NCBI GenBank assembly: GCA_030390025.1
Contig: CM059432.1
Span: forward strand, 83,516,001 to 83,580,000
Direction: 5' to 3'
DNA from: Squalus acanthias
Lineage: Eukaryota
DNA length: 64,000 nt
In this document: positions 37,901 through 49,860 of the stretch, in pieces
Position numbering within the stretch: the stretch's first letter is position 1
Layout of the letters: every line of letters starts with the position of its first letter
Position numbers and translations under genes: made by a program
The notes under the pieces: model-generated
What the model was told of the DNA's origin: nothing
Databases searched by the model: none
What the model saw: the letters and a program-made list of their open reading frames with translations, nothing else

Positions 37901-40043
37901 ACTAAGAGCAAGATCACCGATTTGTGCCACAGGTGTGCAATAGAGGTCTTTGTTTTTGGTCTCTTTGTTGCAGTGCCATTATTTGAAGTTGCATCATATA
38001 CCTGCAGAAAAACGTCTCCACATGCATAACAGCTAAGAAATATGGGACAGGAGCTTAGTAATGACATGTCTCAAATTCCAAACAACTGCACCTGGTGGAA
38101 AAATAGAAAGGCATATATTGGCAAATCTTCCACTAATGTTGGAAGTAACACAAATGGACTGATGCCAATACCATGGTATTTCGAAGAACATGCCTAAAGA
38201 ACACAGTACATAATATTAGTGGCAGGTACAATCATGGAGTTGATCCAAATTGCAGTGAGCACTTCCATTATTTCTTGGCTGCCGCTCACCACCACTGATG
38301 TTGAACAATCAGTCTGTGCTTATGGGTAATATTTTCAAATACACTTTTTAATTTTTATGAACATGTTCTCCATTTCTAGCTATTTGTCCCCTCTTTAGGT
38401 CCCGTCATGTTACTGCAGGCAGGAGAAATGCTCATCATCTCTGCCAGTTGCTAGAAAGCTCATGGGTCTTATCCTCAAATATTCCATTTTTTGTGACCAA
38501 GTGCCTTGCCTTCCTTCAGGTCATCTGCTGTGGAGAAAATCTGATAAAAAAACATCTGTCAAGCTGCTGATGATGCCAAATTAATATACTGTGTGATTAA
38601 TACTCAGAAGTAGTGTCATATCACTTGTTCACATGACTTTTACTGTCATGAGGTGGGACACAGGATCATATATCATGCTACTACACTTCTGCTGATTGAA
38701 ACAGCAATTTCTGCCGCCTCCCAAAATGCTGACACAGTAAATACTTAAGATCCATACAGATGTTTTAGGTCCACCTTCACTACAGCCAATGTCCTCACAG
38801 CATAAAAGTCACAACCACCTCCAGCACAGCAACCAGATACAATCCCTGCACTGTGACACACATTGAGAGCTGCTCCATCACTTTCATACATATTTTTAAA
38901 TGAAAAGCATTACAATTACTTACTCATTTTATAAATGGAATACCACAATATCTTACTGAGATTTGCCCCAATAATTAGCACTGATTGGTGTATTAGTTAA
39001 CTTTACTTATTAAGCTGTACCTAATCGGATGGGGATGAAGTGGAATAATTTTGATAATGATGGTGGCTGTTAATTTACTGTCAGTGATAGCATACTGCAA
39101 TAAGTGGCATATTTGTGGTACAATAGCAATATACAGGATGATTCAGCCAAGAAATTTCTATTGTGGTGACAAAGTGAATTCACAAAGTACTTCAACTGAT
39201 TTTCTTAGGACTACAAAAGCAATAAAAATAATTGTTAGAATTTTTTTTTAGTTGAATGCGTACTGTAAGTATTAAAATAAAGGATGTGTGCTAATTAGCC
39301 ATGCATCATGATGAATATCTCTCCTCACAAGATAACCATAAGTCATCACTCATAAGTTATCCTGTCAGCCTCACATGTAAAGACATTTACCAAAAGTCAT
39401 GGCAGGTCTTGACATATACCCCATATAATAGATATCGGGCACAATGTTGTGTCAACACATTGGAATTCAGGGAGGAAGTGGCCTTGTCTGATACAGCACA
39501 GATGCAGCTACTTGCTTTAAAAGACAAAATATGGAATATGACTTGCTTTGTGTTTGGTTTTATTTTTAAAAGAGACAGAAATTTGGGTGCAAATCAGGCT
39601 TTGAAAACAGCTTACATTTTCTAGGAGAGAGTCTGGGCGAAGGAAGTCAAGGTAGAGGGGATTTCAATTTACAAAATACTCCGCAAAAGCTCTTACACAA
39701 CTACTCACTGCATCTCTTTCATTAGTTATATCATTTTTTTAATACTTTATCTAAATGTTGCTTAAAACAACATAAGAAAAATAGAAAGCAATTATGCTAT
39801 TTAGCCTAATATTTTCCAATTGCCTTCAGAAAAAAAGTTTTCTTCAAACAATTTTTTAATTGCTAACAGTATACAGGGGATTCAAACTTGGGCAATGTCA
39901 AGAACATGAGATGCCAATTGGAATGGATGGAGGGAGCACTCAGTCACAGCAGAAAAAGAATATGTTGAGACACAAAGAGGTTGGGAAGGCTGAGAAATGA
40001 ACAGCGAGAAATGACAGACTGCAGAAAGAGGAGACACTGTGTT

Positions 40044-40515
40044 TGGGTACAGTAGCATAGTGGTTAGGTTACTGGACTGGACTAATAATCCAGAGACGTG
40101 AGTTCAAATCCCACCACGGCAGCTGGGGGGATTTAAATTCAGTCAATTCAATAAATCTGGAATAAAAAGCTAGTATCAGTAATGTTGATCATGAAACTAC
40201 CGGATTGTCGTAAAAACCCAACTGGCTCACTAATGTTCTTTAGGGAAGGAAACCTGTCGTCCTTACCTGGTCTGACTCCAGACCCACAGCAATGTGGTTG
40301 ACTCTTAACGGCCCTCTGAAATGGCCTAGCAAGCCATTCAGTTGTACCAAACCACTACGACAAAGTCAGCACTGTGGCAGGACCTTCACCACACGGACTG
40401 CAGCGATTCAAGGTGGCGGCTCACCACCATCTTCTCAAGGGCAATTAGGGATGGGCGATAAATGCTGGCCTTGCCAGCAACGCCCACATCCCATGAACGA
40501 ATAAATAAATAAAAA
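40044..40515 (+). mobile_element. tRNA-headed SINE with LINE-derived 3' tail
   Basis: Box A TAGCATAGTGG, box B GAGTTCAAATCCC, tail CACCACCATCTTCTCAAGGGCAATTAGG...(aata)n. Confidence 0.8.
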
Positions 40516-40871
40516 ATAGGGCAATAGGGGCTGAGCATCACCAGGGCAACATAGAGATATAGGGCTAAATATACAATAAGGCCCAAAAACGGGCGCAAGG
40601 ATCGCGAAGCGCGATCTGCCCACGCCCATTGATAATAGTGCAGGCAGCACGTGAAATTCATGCTGTCTGCTAATTAACATGTGCTCAGCCCAGCGTTGAG
40701 AGTGCTGCTGGTTGGCTGAGCACTCAGCAGGGGGCCAAATTCCATGGGAAGTTTGATCTCTATTTAAAGCTAGCCTGCAGTTTGAAATGCAGCCTGCACT
40801 TCTTAAAGGGAAGGTGCTTTCAGAAATAAGCACCTCATTGTAATTGTTGTAAAGGAAACTGTAATGTAGCT

Positions 40872-42760
40872 ATGGCTCACCAGGGCAGAGAAAGGGCATC
40901 TTGGTTCTCAGATGCAGCACTGGAGGCCTTAGTGCAGGGCATCGAAAGGAGGAGACAGGTCCTCTACCCGTAGGGTGCAAGGAGGCCCTCCAGACTGACT
41001 GTAAGAAGGCAGTGGGAGCAGATTGCTGAAGCGGTCAGTACCACCAGTCTTTCCCCCAGGAACTGGATCCAGTGCCAAAAGAAGTTTAATGACCTCACAC
41101 GAGTGGTCAAGGTCAGTGAATTTATCTTCAAATGCCATATCCCACCAAGTGCACCACTAGCCTCACAGACTGCTCAATGCACCACACCCCCCTCACAAAT
41201 CTACCAACAATCTCAATCAATCACAACTCATACCTCACAATCATAGCTTCACCTCATGCTCACACATTTACCACTGTTGCAAGCCTCACACCCACATCTC
41301 ACAGCTTTCTCACATTTAACCATGACAGCCACATCACCCAAACACATTGCACCACACTCACTGATACACTTCCCTTTCTCTTGCAGACCAGTGCCAGCAG
41401 CAGCTAACAGGCGGGGGACAGGCACGGCCGCATATCCTGACCCAGCTGGAGGAGACAGTGCTAGACATCATTGGAGGGGCCGTCACTGAGGCTGTGGTGA
41501 TCGGCGAGGTTGGAAGTATTGATGATGACGGTATACCCATACCTCATCCTCCTTCTCACATCCCACTTCCCCCTCATCCCATAAACTCTTCTCACTTACA
41601 AGCTGTTGCTGGTGTAAGCATGCACATCTTGCTTTCCCCCCGCACTCCCCTCACCACAACCCTACCCTTGTGCCTTTCTCATTTCAGATGCCCAAGAATT
41701 CCAACCAGCCCAGCCAATGCAGGAAGAACAAGAGGAGAGTGATGGAGAAGAAGAGACACCGTCACTCGATCTGACACTCGCAGACACCAGCTCAGAAACT
41801 GGCACCACGCGTACTTTAGAGGGTAGTATAGAGGCGGGATCTGCATGTGGTGAGTCACTGGGCACAAGTAGGCTGCAGCCATGGCAGGGGGAAAGGGTAG
41901 CGCAGGTGCCAGCTCCCCAGAGGGCGAGGTCGCGCATGAGTTCTGCTGCAGAGGACTCAGATGAGGACTTTGATGGGGTGGCCTTCAGAAGATGGGCATG
42001 CACACAGGAATGCTTGGTGCATTGACAGGTCTGCCAGACAGCCTGATGTCACTGTCAAGAAGCATGGAGGAGACCGACTCCAACCTTGCACAGGGCTTTG
42101 CCCAAAGCTTGGAGCCCATGATTTCCAGGATGGAAGTGATGGGCAACTTCATTAGAGCACTTGTGGACCCAACCATGATACTGGGTGTGATGGCCAATGC
42201 CTCAGCTTCCATTGCAGCACAAGTGGGAGCGACCCACCATCTGAGTGCTGCAGTGGAAGCTCAGAATTCTGTCATGCAAGCTCAGACTGCTCTCATGCAA
42301 GGTCAGCTTGCTGCCATCGTGGTTGCTTTACCAGTGTTGAAAGGGCTTACAGGGTTTCACAGCAGTCTAGCAATCTGTCCTCCAACAGATTACTAGGATT
42401 GCTGAGGCGGGGAGTGCCAGTGGCTCTGTGGAGCACAAACCTGCTTTCCTCTCTCTGGATTACAGTATTCGTACTTCCACCACTGCCACGCCGCCAGTGC
42501 CCTTGCTGTTGCCTGTCAGCCAGCCAGTCCAGACTGCTGCCACCAATGCTTAGTTGGTGCAGTCTACAGCTGGGCCTCTAGGCCCAGAGCTACTCGAGGT
42601 CATCCTGCAAGGCTATCTGCAGTCTCCCCCATTGAAAGTCAGCAGCCTTCCACCAGCTATGCTATGTCCACTGGGGTAGCACTTCGTAGGAGCACTAGGA
42701 TAGGCAAAGGCACACGAAAGACAGGCACTAAGGGAATGCACAAGGGTGATTGGTTGACTT
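40872..42760 (+). pseudogene. Harbinger Myb/SANT-like gene (3 exons, stops and frameshifts)
   Basis: 240-nt exon 1 (40872-41111, WFSDAALEALV...WIQCQKKFNDL, internal TAG) with GT donor; exons from ~41387 and ~41688. Confidence 0.8.
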
Positions 42761-42879
42761 TGTTTTGCATTGGAATGAATGATTTATAAATTATGTTTGG
42801 AATGTTTGTTTTGTGGTGGCTTTCATTTCAGCATTGTGGCCAAGAGGACGCTGTGATGTTCCATGACAGAGGAATGGTA

Positions 42880-44053
42880 AGGTTGGGAACTGTTGAGCAA
42901 CGGGGATCTGGCGACAGCCCGTCCGGAACATGGATTTGCAGGTTGCCTTCTTCCTTCCTCCTCTTTTTCCTCTTCCTCCTTTTCTTCCTTCTCCTCCTCC
43001 TCTTCATCTCCTCCTCCTGAGATTGTCGTGGAACCCGTGGTGGCAAGGGCTGTGCCCTCATGATGGTCAAGTTGTGTAGGATGTAGCAGACCACCACGAA
43101 ATGAGACACCTGCTCCGGTGAATATTGGAGGGCTCCTCCCGAGTGGTCAAGGCAGTGGAACCATTGCTTGAGCACCCCGATGATCTGCTTGATGATGTTC
43201 CTCGTGGCAGCATGGCTGTCGTTATATGAGTGCTGGCCACGAGTGGTGAGGTTGCGGAGGGGCATCATCAGCCTGGTGTAGAGCGGATAGCCCTTATCAC
43301 CTAGCAGCCATCCTCAGGTTCAACGTGCTGGCTGGAAGATTGCTGGCACAGTGGACTGGCGCAGGATGAGGGCATCCTGACTGCTGCCAGGATACCAGGC
43401 ATTCACCATCATGATGTGCTGGGCACGGTCAAACACAAACTGCACATTAAGTGAGTGGAACCATTGACGGTTATGGAACATCTCACCATTGATAAGCGGC
43501 GCTCACAAAGCTATGTGTGTGCAGTCGATGGTGCCCTGCACCAAGGGGAAGCCCAATATCCTGGCAAAGCCATGGGCGTGCTTCTCCTGCTTCTCTCTGT
43601 TTAGAGAGAAGACAATGAAGTCCCCTCTCATAGAGCACAGAGCCTCTGTGACCTTCCGGATGCAGCAATGGACAGCCAACTGTGAGATGTTTGCTATGTC
43701 ACCTGTTGTAGCCTGGAAGGATCCACTGGCAAAAAAATTCAGGGCCACGGTCACCTTCAAGGCCACTGGCAGAGCTATAGTTGCCCTGCTCTGAGGTTGC
43801 AGATCTGGTTCCAAGAGGTGACAGAGTTTTGTGACCACCTCCTTTGTTGAAGCGGAGCCGCTGAACGCAGTGCTCCTGGTTTAGGTGCAGGCGGGAGAAG
43901 TGCTCCCTAAAGACCCTAGGTCAGTGAGGCCTCCTGCTCAGAGCCCTCCTCTCCCTCCTCCTCTTGCTGCGAGCAACATGTCTTCTTCGCTGCCTCTGCT
44001 CCATCTCCCTGTCATGCTGCAGCGTGAGGGGACCTGCAACTAAAGACCCCATT
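42880..44053 (-). pseudogene. Harbinger DDE transposase, fragmented
   Basis: ORFs 43503-43838 (ALNFFASGSFQ, GTIDCTH) and 42828-43268 (GVLKQWFHCLD, CYILHN); GDKGYP at ~43285-43305. Confidence 0.9.
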
Positions 44054-44542
44054 ACCTGGTGTTCTAAGTACTCAGAGGCCTTCCAGTAGCAGCCAACACC
44101 TTCCCAACATCCAGCAGCACACTCTGCACTCTTTAACAACTTTTGAAATGTCTTCCAGCAACCCAGTATTCATACAAACTCTTCAAGAGCCAGTACAAGA
44201 GCAATAATCTCTGCAAGTTGCATGTTTCCCTTTAAATAGCGCAGGTGGGGTCCCTCTTGCATCTGAACGCAGGTTCAGCTGTGCGTATTTTGGAGAGAGC
44301 GTTGAATGGAGCAGTGACGTCCAAAATGGCAGGTCATGCATCAATTCAGCGTTACATGCTGACTGACGTCATGATCTGCCTACTCTACATACTGCTGGTG
44401 CACACACGTACCGCCCATGCTATCGCCCTCACCAAGATGGCCAACAGCACGGGCTGCGCCAGAAGTGGGCGGAAGCGAGGCCTTTTTTTTAAAAAAACGG
44501 TCATAACTACCGGCGCTAAGGTGCTGAATTTCGCAGATATAC

Positions 44543-45138
44543 TGGCAAATTTTCTTGAGCGGCCTTTTGGGCGTGGATCTTGGGAGTGGCAGAACATCCA
44601 TCCGCCGACCAGCAGCATCCCTGACCTCGCCCCACTTTCCACCGTCAGCGGCATTTGCATGAATTGGGAGGGGGCCGTGCAATTCATAAGGCATCACCAA
44701 CGGAAATTTGCTATTATGTCTGGCTTGTAGCCTAACGGTGCCAGACTACAGAAACCGGAAGAAAAAAATTGCCGTTTATTTTTGCTACTTAATTTGATCA
44801 CATGCATTCTTGTGATTAGAGTTGCTAAGGTTACAGATGTGGGAATGATATCATTATAATGTCACTCCTCCATTTGCAGGCACTGCTTCTGGTGGACCTA
44901 TTATCCTGGCGGGAATTCTGGTGGGTGATTCTGCCAGTCTTTTGATGTCATCTGGAAAAGGGGTCTGCCATTCCTCCTGGAGAAACCCTCAGCACAAGTC
45001 AAATTAGGCAAAAACCCAGCATCAGTGGGAACTGAGCAACTTCCACCCCTGCGAGCCCCTGCTTCTCCCTGTATAATGCCCCAACCCCCCACCCCTCCCC
45101 CACCAACCCTTCCCCTGCCCCCTGAGAAAATACAGGGC
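44543..45138. mobile_element. Putative MITE adjacent to Harbinger
   Basis: Degenerate ends GGCAAATTTTCTTGAG / CTGAGAAAATACAGGGC; GC-rich termini. Confidence 0.35.
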
Positions 45139-45868
45139 GAAGTAATCTTGGAAAATGCAGTATTACTTTAATTGATTCAATCCACACCCTACTAATTGCT
45201 ATTTTTAGTTTGCAAACTGATTTAAGCACATCTCAAATAATGCCATGTGGATTGATATCACTTCTCTCAGTGCAGTGAGAATGTTTGATTTTGCACAGAC
45301 TTTTAAGCAGAAATCAATTCAAGATTTTAAGGAAAATTTTTAGTTTTGTTTCAACAGTGTGTAGCAAGGGGATGTCATCTTTTGTTTACTTTAGTTTTAT
45401 ATCATTAAACGGAGAGCAGACATCCAAATCATACAATCTAAAAGATTTTTTAAAGCTATTTTTGCAAGGTTCATGTGAACACACTATTTAGCATACACTA
45501 TTTTACTTTCAGTTAAATTCTGAAAATTAAATTGATTGCTGATGAAAAAAATATCCTTTAGAAACACAGAAGGCCAGTCAGATAGACAGATAGAAAGTAT
45601 TCATTTTAATTACTTGGGAAGTTGAATAAGCAAGTTAAATAAAGTGAACATTTATCAGATTTCAGTGACCGATTCTGTCCTTTCAACTCAAAAATGAACA
45701 ACATAACATACAATATAATGCATCTATAACATGGAAAATAGATTTATCTATTACCAGTCTAAATGAGGTCTGAATAATATATTTTAATCCTGAAAATTAA
45801 CATTGAATATATGGCTGAGAATCTGTTTCTGAAGTTCAACACATTATTTGTAGGAGATATAAAACATT

Positions 45869-46649
45869 GGCCCAGAAATTTGACTTGGAGGCTTGCCGCG
45901 GGGGTAAGGATCGCGCGCGATCTTACCTACCGCGCCTGCCTTTATGTTTTGGGCCCACACAAACTTCTGGTCCTGGGCCTCTCCCTGGTGCCGGCGCGCA
46001 GTGTGTGCGTGTCCCAGAGGCGCAGTTAGTTCGATGCGACCTCTGGGATCACGTGGGCCATGGAGAGCCAATGGCAGCACACCATCTTTCATTCATAGTT
46101 TTGACAGGAGAACTGTCAAAACTATGAATACAAATTGCCCCCAAAAGAACAGCTAAACCTCAAATAAATTTAAAAAAAGACCATCACATTAATAAAATAA
46201 CTATAGTTAAATAAATTAACCACTTTAAACAAAAATTTAAATTTTTGAAATTTTTTAAGTTCTTTTTAAAAGTTATAAAAATAAACTTACCTTTCTTTAA
46301 AGTCTCTAAAAAAGATAAACCTGTTGAAAAAAATTTAAAAGAATACTTAATTAACAACTTACCTTGTTAAAAGGGGGTCTTACGCCTCCTTTCTTCATGT
46401 GTAAAATCTTCAATACTTACCCTCGCGTTGAAACCTGAAAAAAAACCTAAGTGCGCTGCATGCGCACAGCCTGTAGTGCGCACAGCCTGTAGTGCGCACG
46501 CGGTTCACTTAGGAACCGCCCCCTTAGCAATACCGGAAGTGCCGGTTTCCCGCGCATGCGCAGTGCATGCAGGAAACCGGCACTTCGGGACCAAATACAC
46601 GAGAGTACACAGTTCGTACTCTCCCGTATTCAGCCGAAAGTTTTGGGCC
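45869..46649. mobile_element. MITE (GGCCC-terminal family)
   Basis: GGCCCAGAAATTT / AAAGTTTTGGGCC TIRs with ATT TSD; homologous to 8542-9245, including the internal GAAGTGCCGGTTTCC...GGAAACCGGCACTTC hairpin. Confidence 0.85.
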
Positions 46650-46799
46650 ATTGTTAGACCTTTACTGAGTATCAAGACAGGAAGTTGTATACTTAGAGAC
46701 TAATAAATTGTGAGTTTGGATGAAAATAAAACAGAATGCTGATATATGAAATAAGTCCAAGTGCCAGTTTAATTAAAAGTTTTTAGAAGTTTTCAGAAG

Positions 46800-47063
46800 T
46801 TTTTAGAATGTAATTTCTATGGAAGAGACTGAAAGAAGTTTCTGTGGGCGTGGCTTAGTTTTGACAGATTTTGTGGGCGTGTCTTCCCTTACGCATAGGC
46901 TGTACGCTGCACTCCTGGCCTTTGTGATGTAATACGCTGCGCACAACTCTGTAGCACCGAAGAGCAAGTCTCCGTTCTGGGCCTCACACAAGGTAAGTAC
47001 GTATTCTTTTCGAAGGTCGGTGGCATACTCCGTAGCTACGCCGCCGATTACAACTTTTGGGCC
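46800..47063. mobile_element. Orphan right end of a GGCCC-terminal element
   Basis: CpG-rich stretch ending AACTTTTGGGCC|AAT; no matching left end found. Confidence 0.45.
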
Positions 47064-47439
47064 AATGGTTTATAACCACATAGCACACCTGGCATCAGTA
47101 TAAGTGATAGAAGTCAAGTCAAGTTTGCAGTCGGAGGCATATTTGCACAATTCTCTGGAACAGTGCCACCAACCTGAGGCTGTTTCCTATCTGTAGAATT
47201 TTTTGATCTAGTGTAGGCATGATTTTTAACTTCATCTTTGCTAGGAGGTATTTTTTGGGTTAGGTAAAAAAAAGCCATGCAGTATAAGTGAAGCCAAGTC
47301 CATACCGTTTGCACTGTCTAGATAGTGGGGTAGATTTCATGGTTAGGCTCCAGAAATGTATGACTTTAGGATAAAGGTACCATACATCCGCTTATCTTTA
47401 GAATAAAGTGCAAGAATGTTGCTGGCATATTTTGAAATT

Positions 47440-48249
47440 CTAATTATCGCCTCCGACTGCAAACTTGACTTCTATCGCCCGTGGAGATGGTTGGAGCGCT
47501 AAATCAGGCGCTACACACCTCTCTTAAGGCGCTAACGCCGAGGAGCGAGGCGCTACCTCAGAGTGCTGGTGAAGCTCATGTGATGTCAGTCAGCAATGGA
47601 ACACAGACACACTGGCGCTGGCCAGTTCTTAAAGGGAAGGGTTGATCTTGCTCTCCATCCACACCCTGCTCATTGCAGCCTTGAATTTCGGCCTGGAGAA
47701 ACCTGTACATCAAATCTGTTGGAAAGAACAATGGAGAGACCCAGGGAAAGAGCTTAGAGTGCAGCCCCCATGGTCTCTTCTAAATCGATGCAAGGAAGGT
47801 CAAATCAAAATGAACCTGCAAAGTGCTGCTCAGTACCCAAAACTCCTTCACACAGTGTTTAATCTCTCCAGAAGTCTCACTCTCTCTCTCATAATGCGTG
47901 GTGCAAAAATGCCGCTGACAAAAAAAGGCAGGAAGTGGTCGCCTTTAAATAGCACTCCCCCAGTCCCTCCCGACTGCAAAATGCTTCCCTCAACTTGTTG
48001 TTGCTAATGGCAGGTGGTAAGGCAGGGGGCGCCACTCAATATCCGGTCCGGGGCGCAACCGGGGCATTGCACGCTCGACTGATGTCACGATCTGCGGGCG
48101 CAGGGGATCGTGGCGGTAGTGTTTAGCGCCGCCGCAAAATGTCTGGTGAATTTCGTGAGTGGCGTAAACATCGCCGTGCCCGGGCGCTACTTGCTTTGCG
48201 ACCTAAGAGGGCACTAACGGGAGGCGCAAAGCAACCGAATTTTCCCCCC
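47440..48249. mobile_element. Harbinger-type MITE (copy 3, left end missing)
   Basis: Colinear with 26093-26989; ends GAATTTTCCCCCC. Confidence 0.85.
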
Positions 48250-48739
48250 ATGTACCTTGATGGATTTTGTTGTTTTAATGTAACTGATTATCAACAGGTG
48301 GCCTGGGCATAAACCAAGAGTTGTGGATCGGCTGCCCGTTATAGAAACTGCCCGATGATGGAAATGAAAATTGATGGAAATGAACATCGGGCGGGTTCTA
48401 TAATGGGCGGACAATCAAGCCTACTGAGGTATTGCCCAAGCAGTGAAGATGAAAATAACTCCCAATATCTCTTATTCAAACCTATTAAACTTCTGCACTC
48501 TGATATCTTTTTGTAGACACTTGGTGGCCTTTTTTTTCCCATCTTGCATCAATTCAATTAGTTTTGGTCCATCAAATCAATTTGTGAGATGAATTGATAG
48601 TTTATGTAAGACTAGAGGTAAAACAAAAACTGTGAATGCAGGAAATCAGAGAAAGAAACAGAAACTGCGCAGAGGATTAGCTAGCATCTGAAAAAGATAG
48701 GCAGAAGTTTGCAACCAGTTGGGATTCAGATTTTAACTG

Positions 48740-48954
48740 TGTCATAAATCGCAAGTAACAACTCAGGAAGTACTACTGGGCGGCCAGCTGGGGCGCCGTC
48801 CAGAGAGTATAAATACTCAGGCATGGGCCCACCTTGGGCAGAGACAATCTGGAAACAGGAAGCTAGTGACTGCTAACTAGACCTCCATGTTTTGTTACAA
48901 GTTGATTAAAGCCTTGCTTTATGTTCAAGTGCGTAGTGAGTCTTTATTACGTCA
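48740..48954 (+). repeat. 5' LTR
   Basis: TGTCATA...TACGTCA; TATAAATA at 48808-48815; ATTAAA at 48905-48910. Confidence 0.97.
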
Positions 48955-48955
48955 A

Positions 48956-48968
48956 TTTAATCAACTTG
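48956..48968 (+). promoter_or_regulatory. Putative self-complementary primer-binding site
   Basis: TTTAATCAACTTG is the exact reverse complement of LTR 48898-48910; no TGG (anti-CCA) after the LTR. Confidence 0.75.
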
Positions 48969-49054
48969 ATATCGTCTCCACGCTTTGGGTGATTCGGAAC
49001 AACCAGCTGCAACTCGAACCACAGAAGGGAACTAGGGCAAGAAACTGATCCATC

Positions 49055-49860
49055 ATGGAAAACTCCTTAGACCCGCTCGTCTCGACCTGGACCCGAATGC
49101 ACCTGCGGCAGCGAAGGTATGGAAGCATTGGTTTCGTACCTTTAGCAACTTTCTTGAAGAATGTGGGGCGGATGTCCCTAATAAGTTACGAATGCTTATC
49201 AACTACGTGTCTCCTCATGTGTATGATTATATTGAGGACTGTATAGACTATGACACTGCTATCGAAATCTTACAGCAGCTATATGTCAAGTCCCCAAATG
49301 AAATCTTTGCTCGACACCTACTGGCCACAACTCGGCAGCAGCCTGGGGAATCACTCGATGAATTTCTCCAGAAACTTCGCAGGCTCAGCAAGGATTGTAA
49401 CCTTAAAGCAGTTACAGCTGAACAGTATCAAGAGGAACTAATCCGCGATTCCTTTATCAATGGGATCGCGTCCCCTTTTATACGTCAGCGCCTGCTGGAA
49501 AATAAAACCCTCAATTTACGGGCTGCTTATGACCAGGCGTGTTCCTTGGACTTGGCCAAGAAAAATGCAGACACTTATCTCCCACCACGTGCACGGGCGG
49601 CGGCTATCTCCTTTAATGAGTCTTTCGGTAGGTCTCGGGCGGATGCCCCCACTGATGTCGACTCTACTCTAACAGACGACGACCCTACCCTAGAGGCCTT
49701 CGCTGATGACGACCCCTGCCCTAGCAGCATCCTGGCAATCAGGAAGAAAGTGTTTCTTTTGTGGAGGGGCGTGCCATCACAGAAAATTTTGCCCGGCTCG
49801 TAATGTGACCTGCAATCATTGCAGCAAGAAAGGACACTTTTCCAAGGTATGCCAGTCACG
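49055..49860 (+). CDS. gag: Gypsy Gag with two CCHC zinc knuckles (frameshifts at ~49060 and ~49715)
   Basis: LRPARLDLDPN..WKHW, RQQPGESLDEFLQKLRRLSKDC, LIRDSFING, CFFCGGACHHRKFC, CNHCSKKGHFSKVC. Confidence 0.85.

Larger units (their letters stand above)
40562..44538. mobile_element. Full-length but decayed PIF/Harbinger transposon
   Basis: ATA on both flanks (40559-40561, 44539-44541); Myb gene (+) and transposase (-) convergent. Confidence 0.9.
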
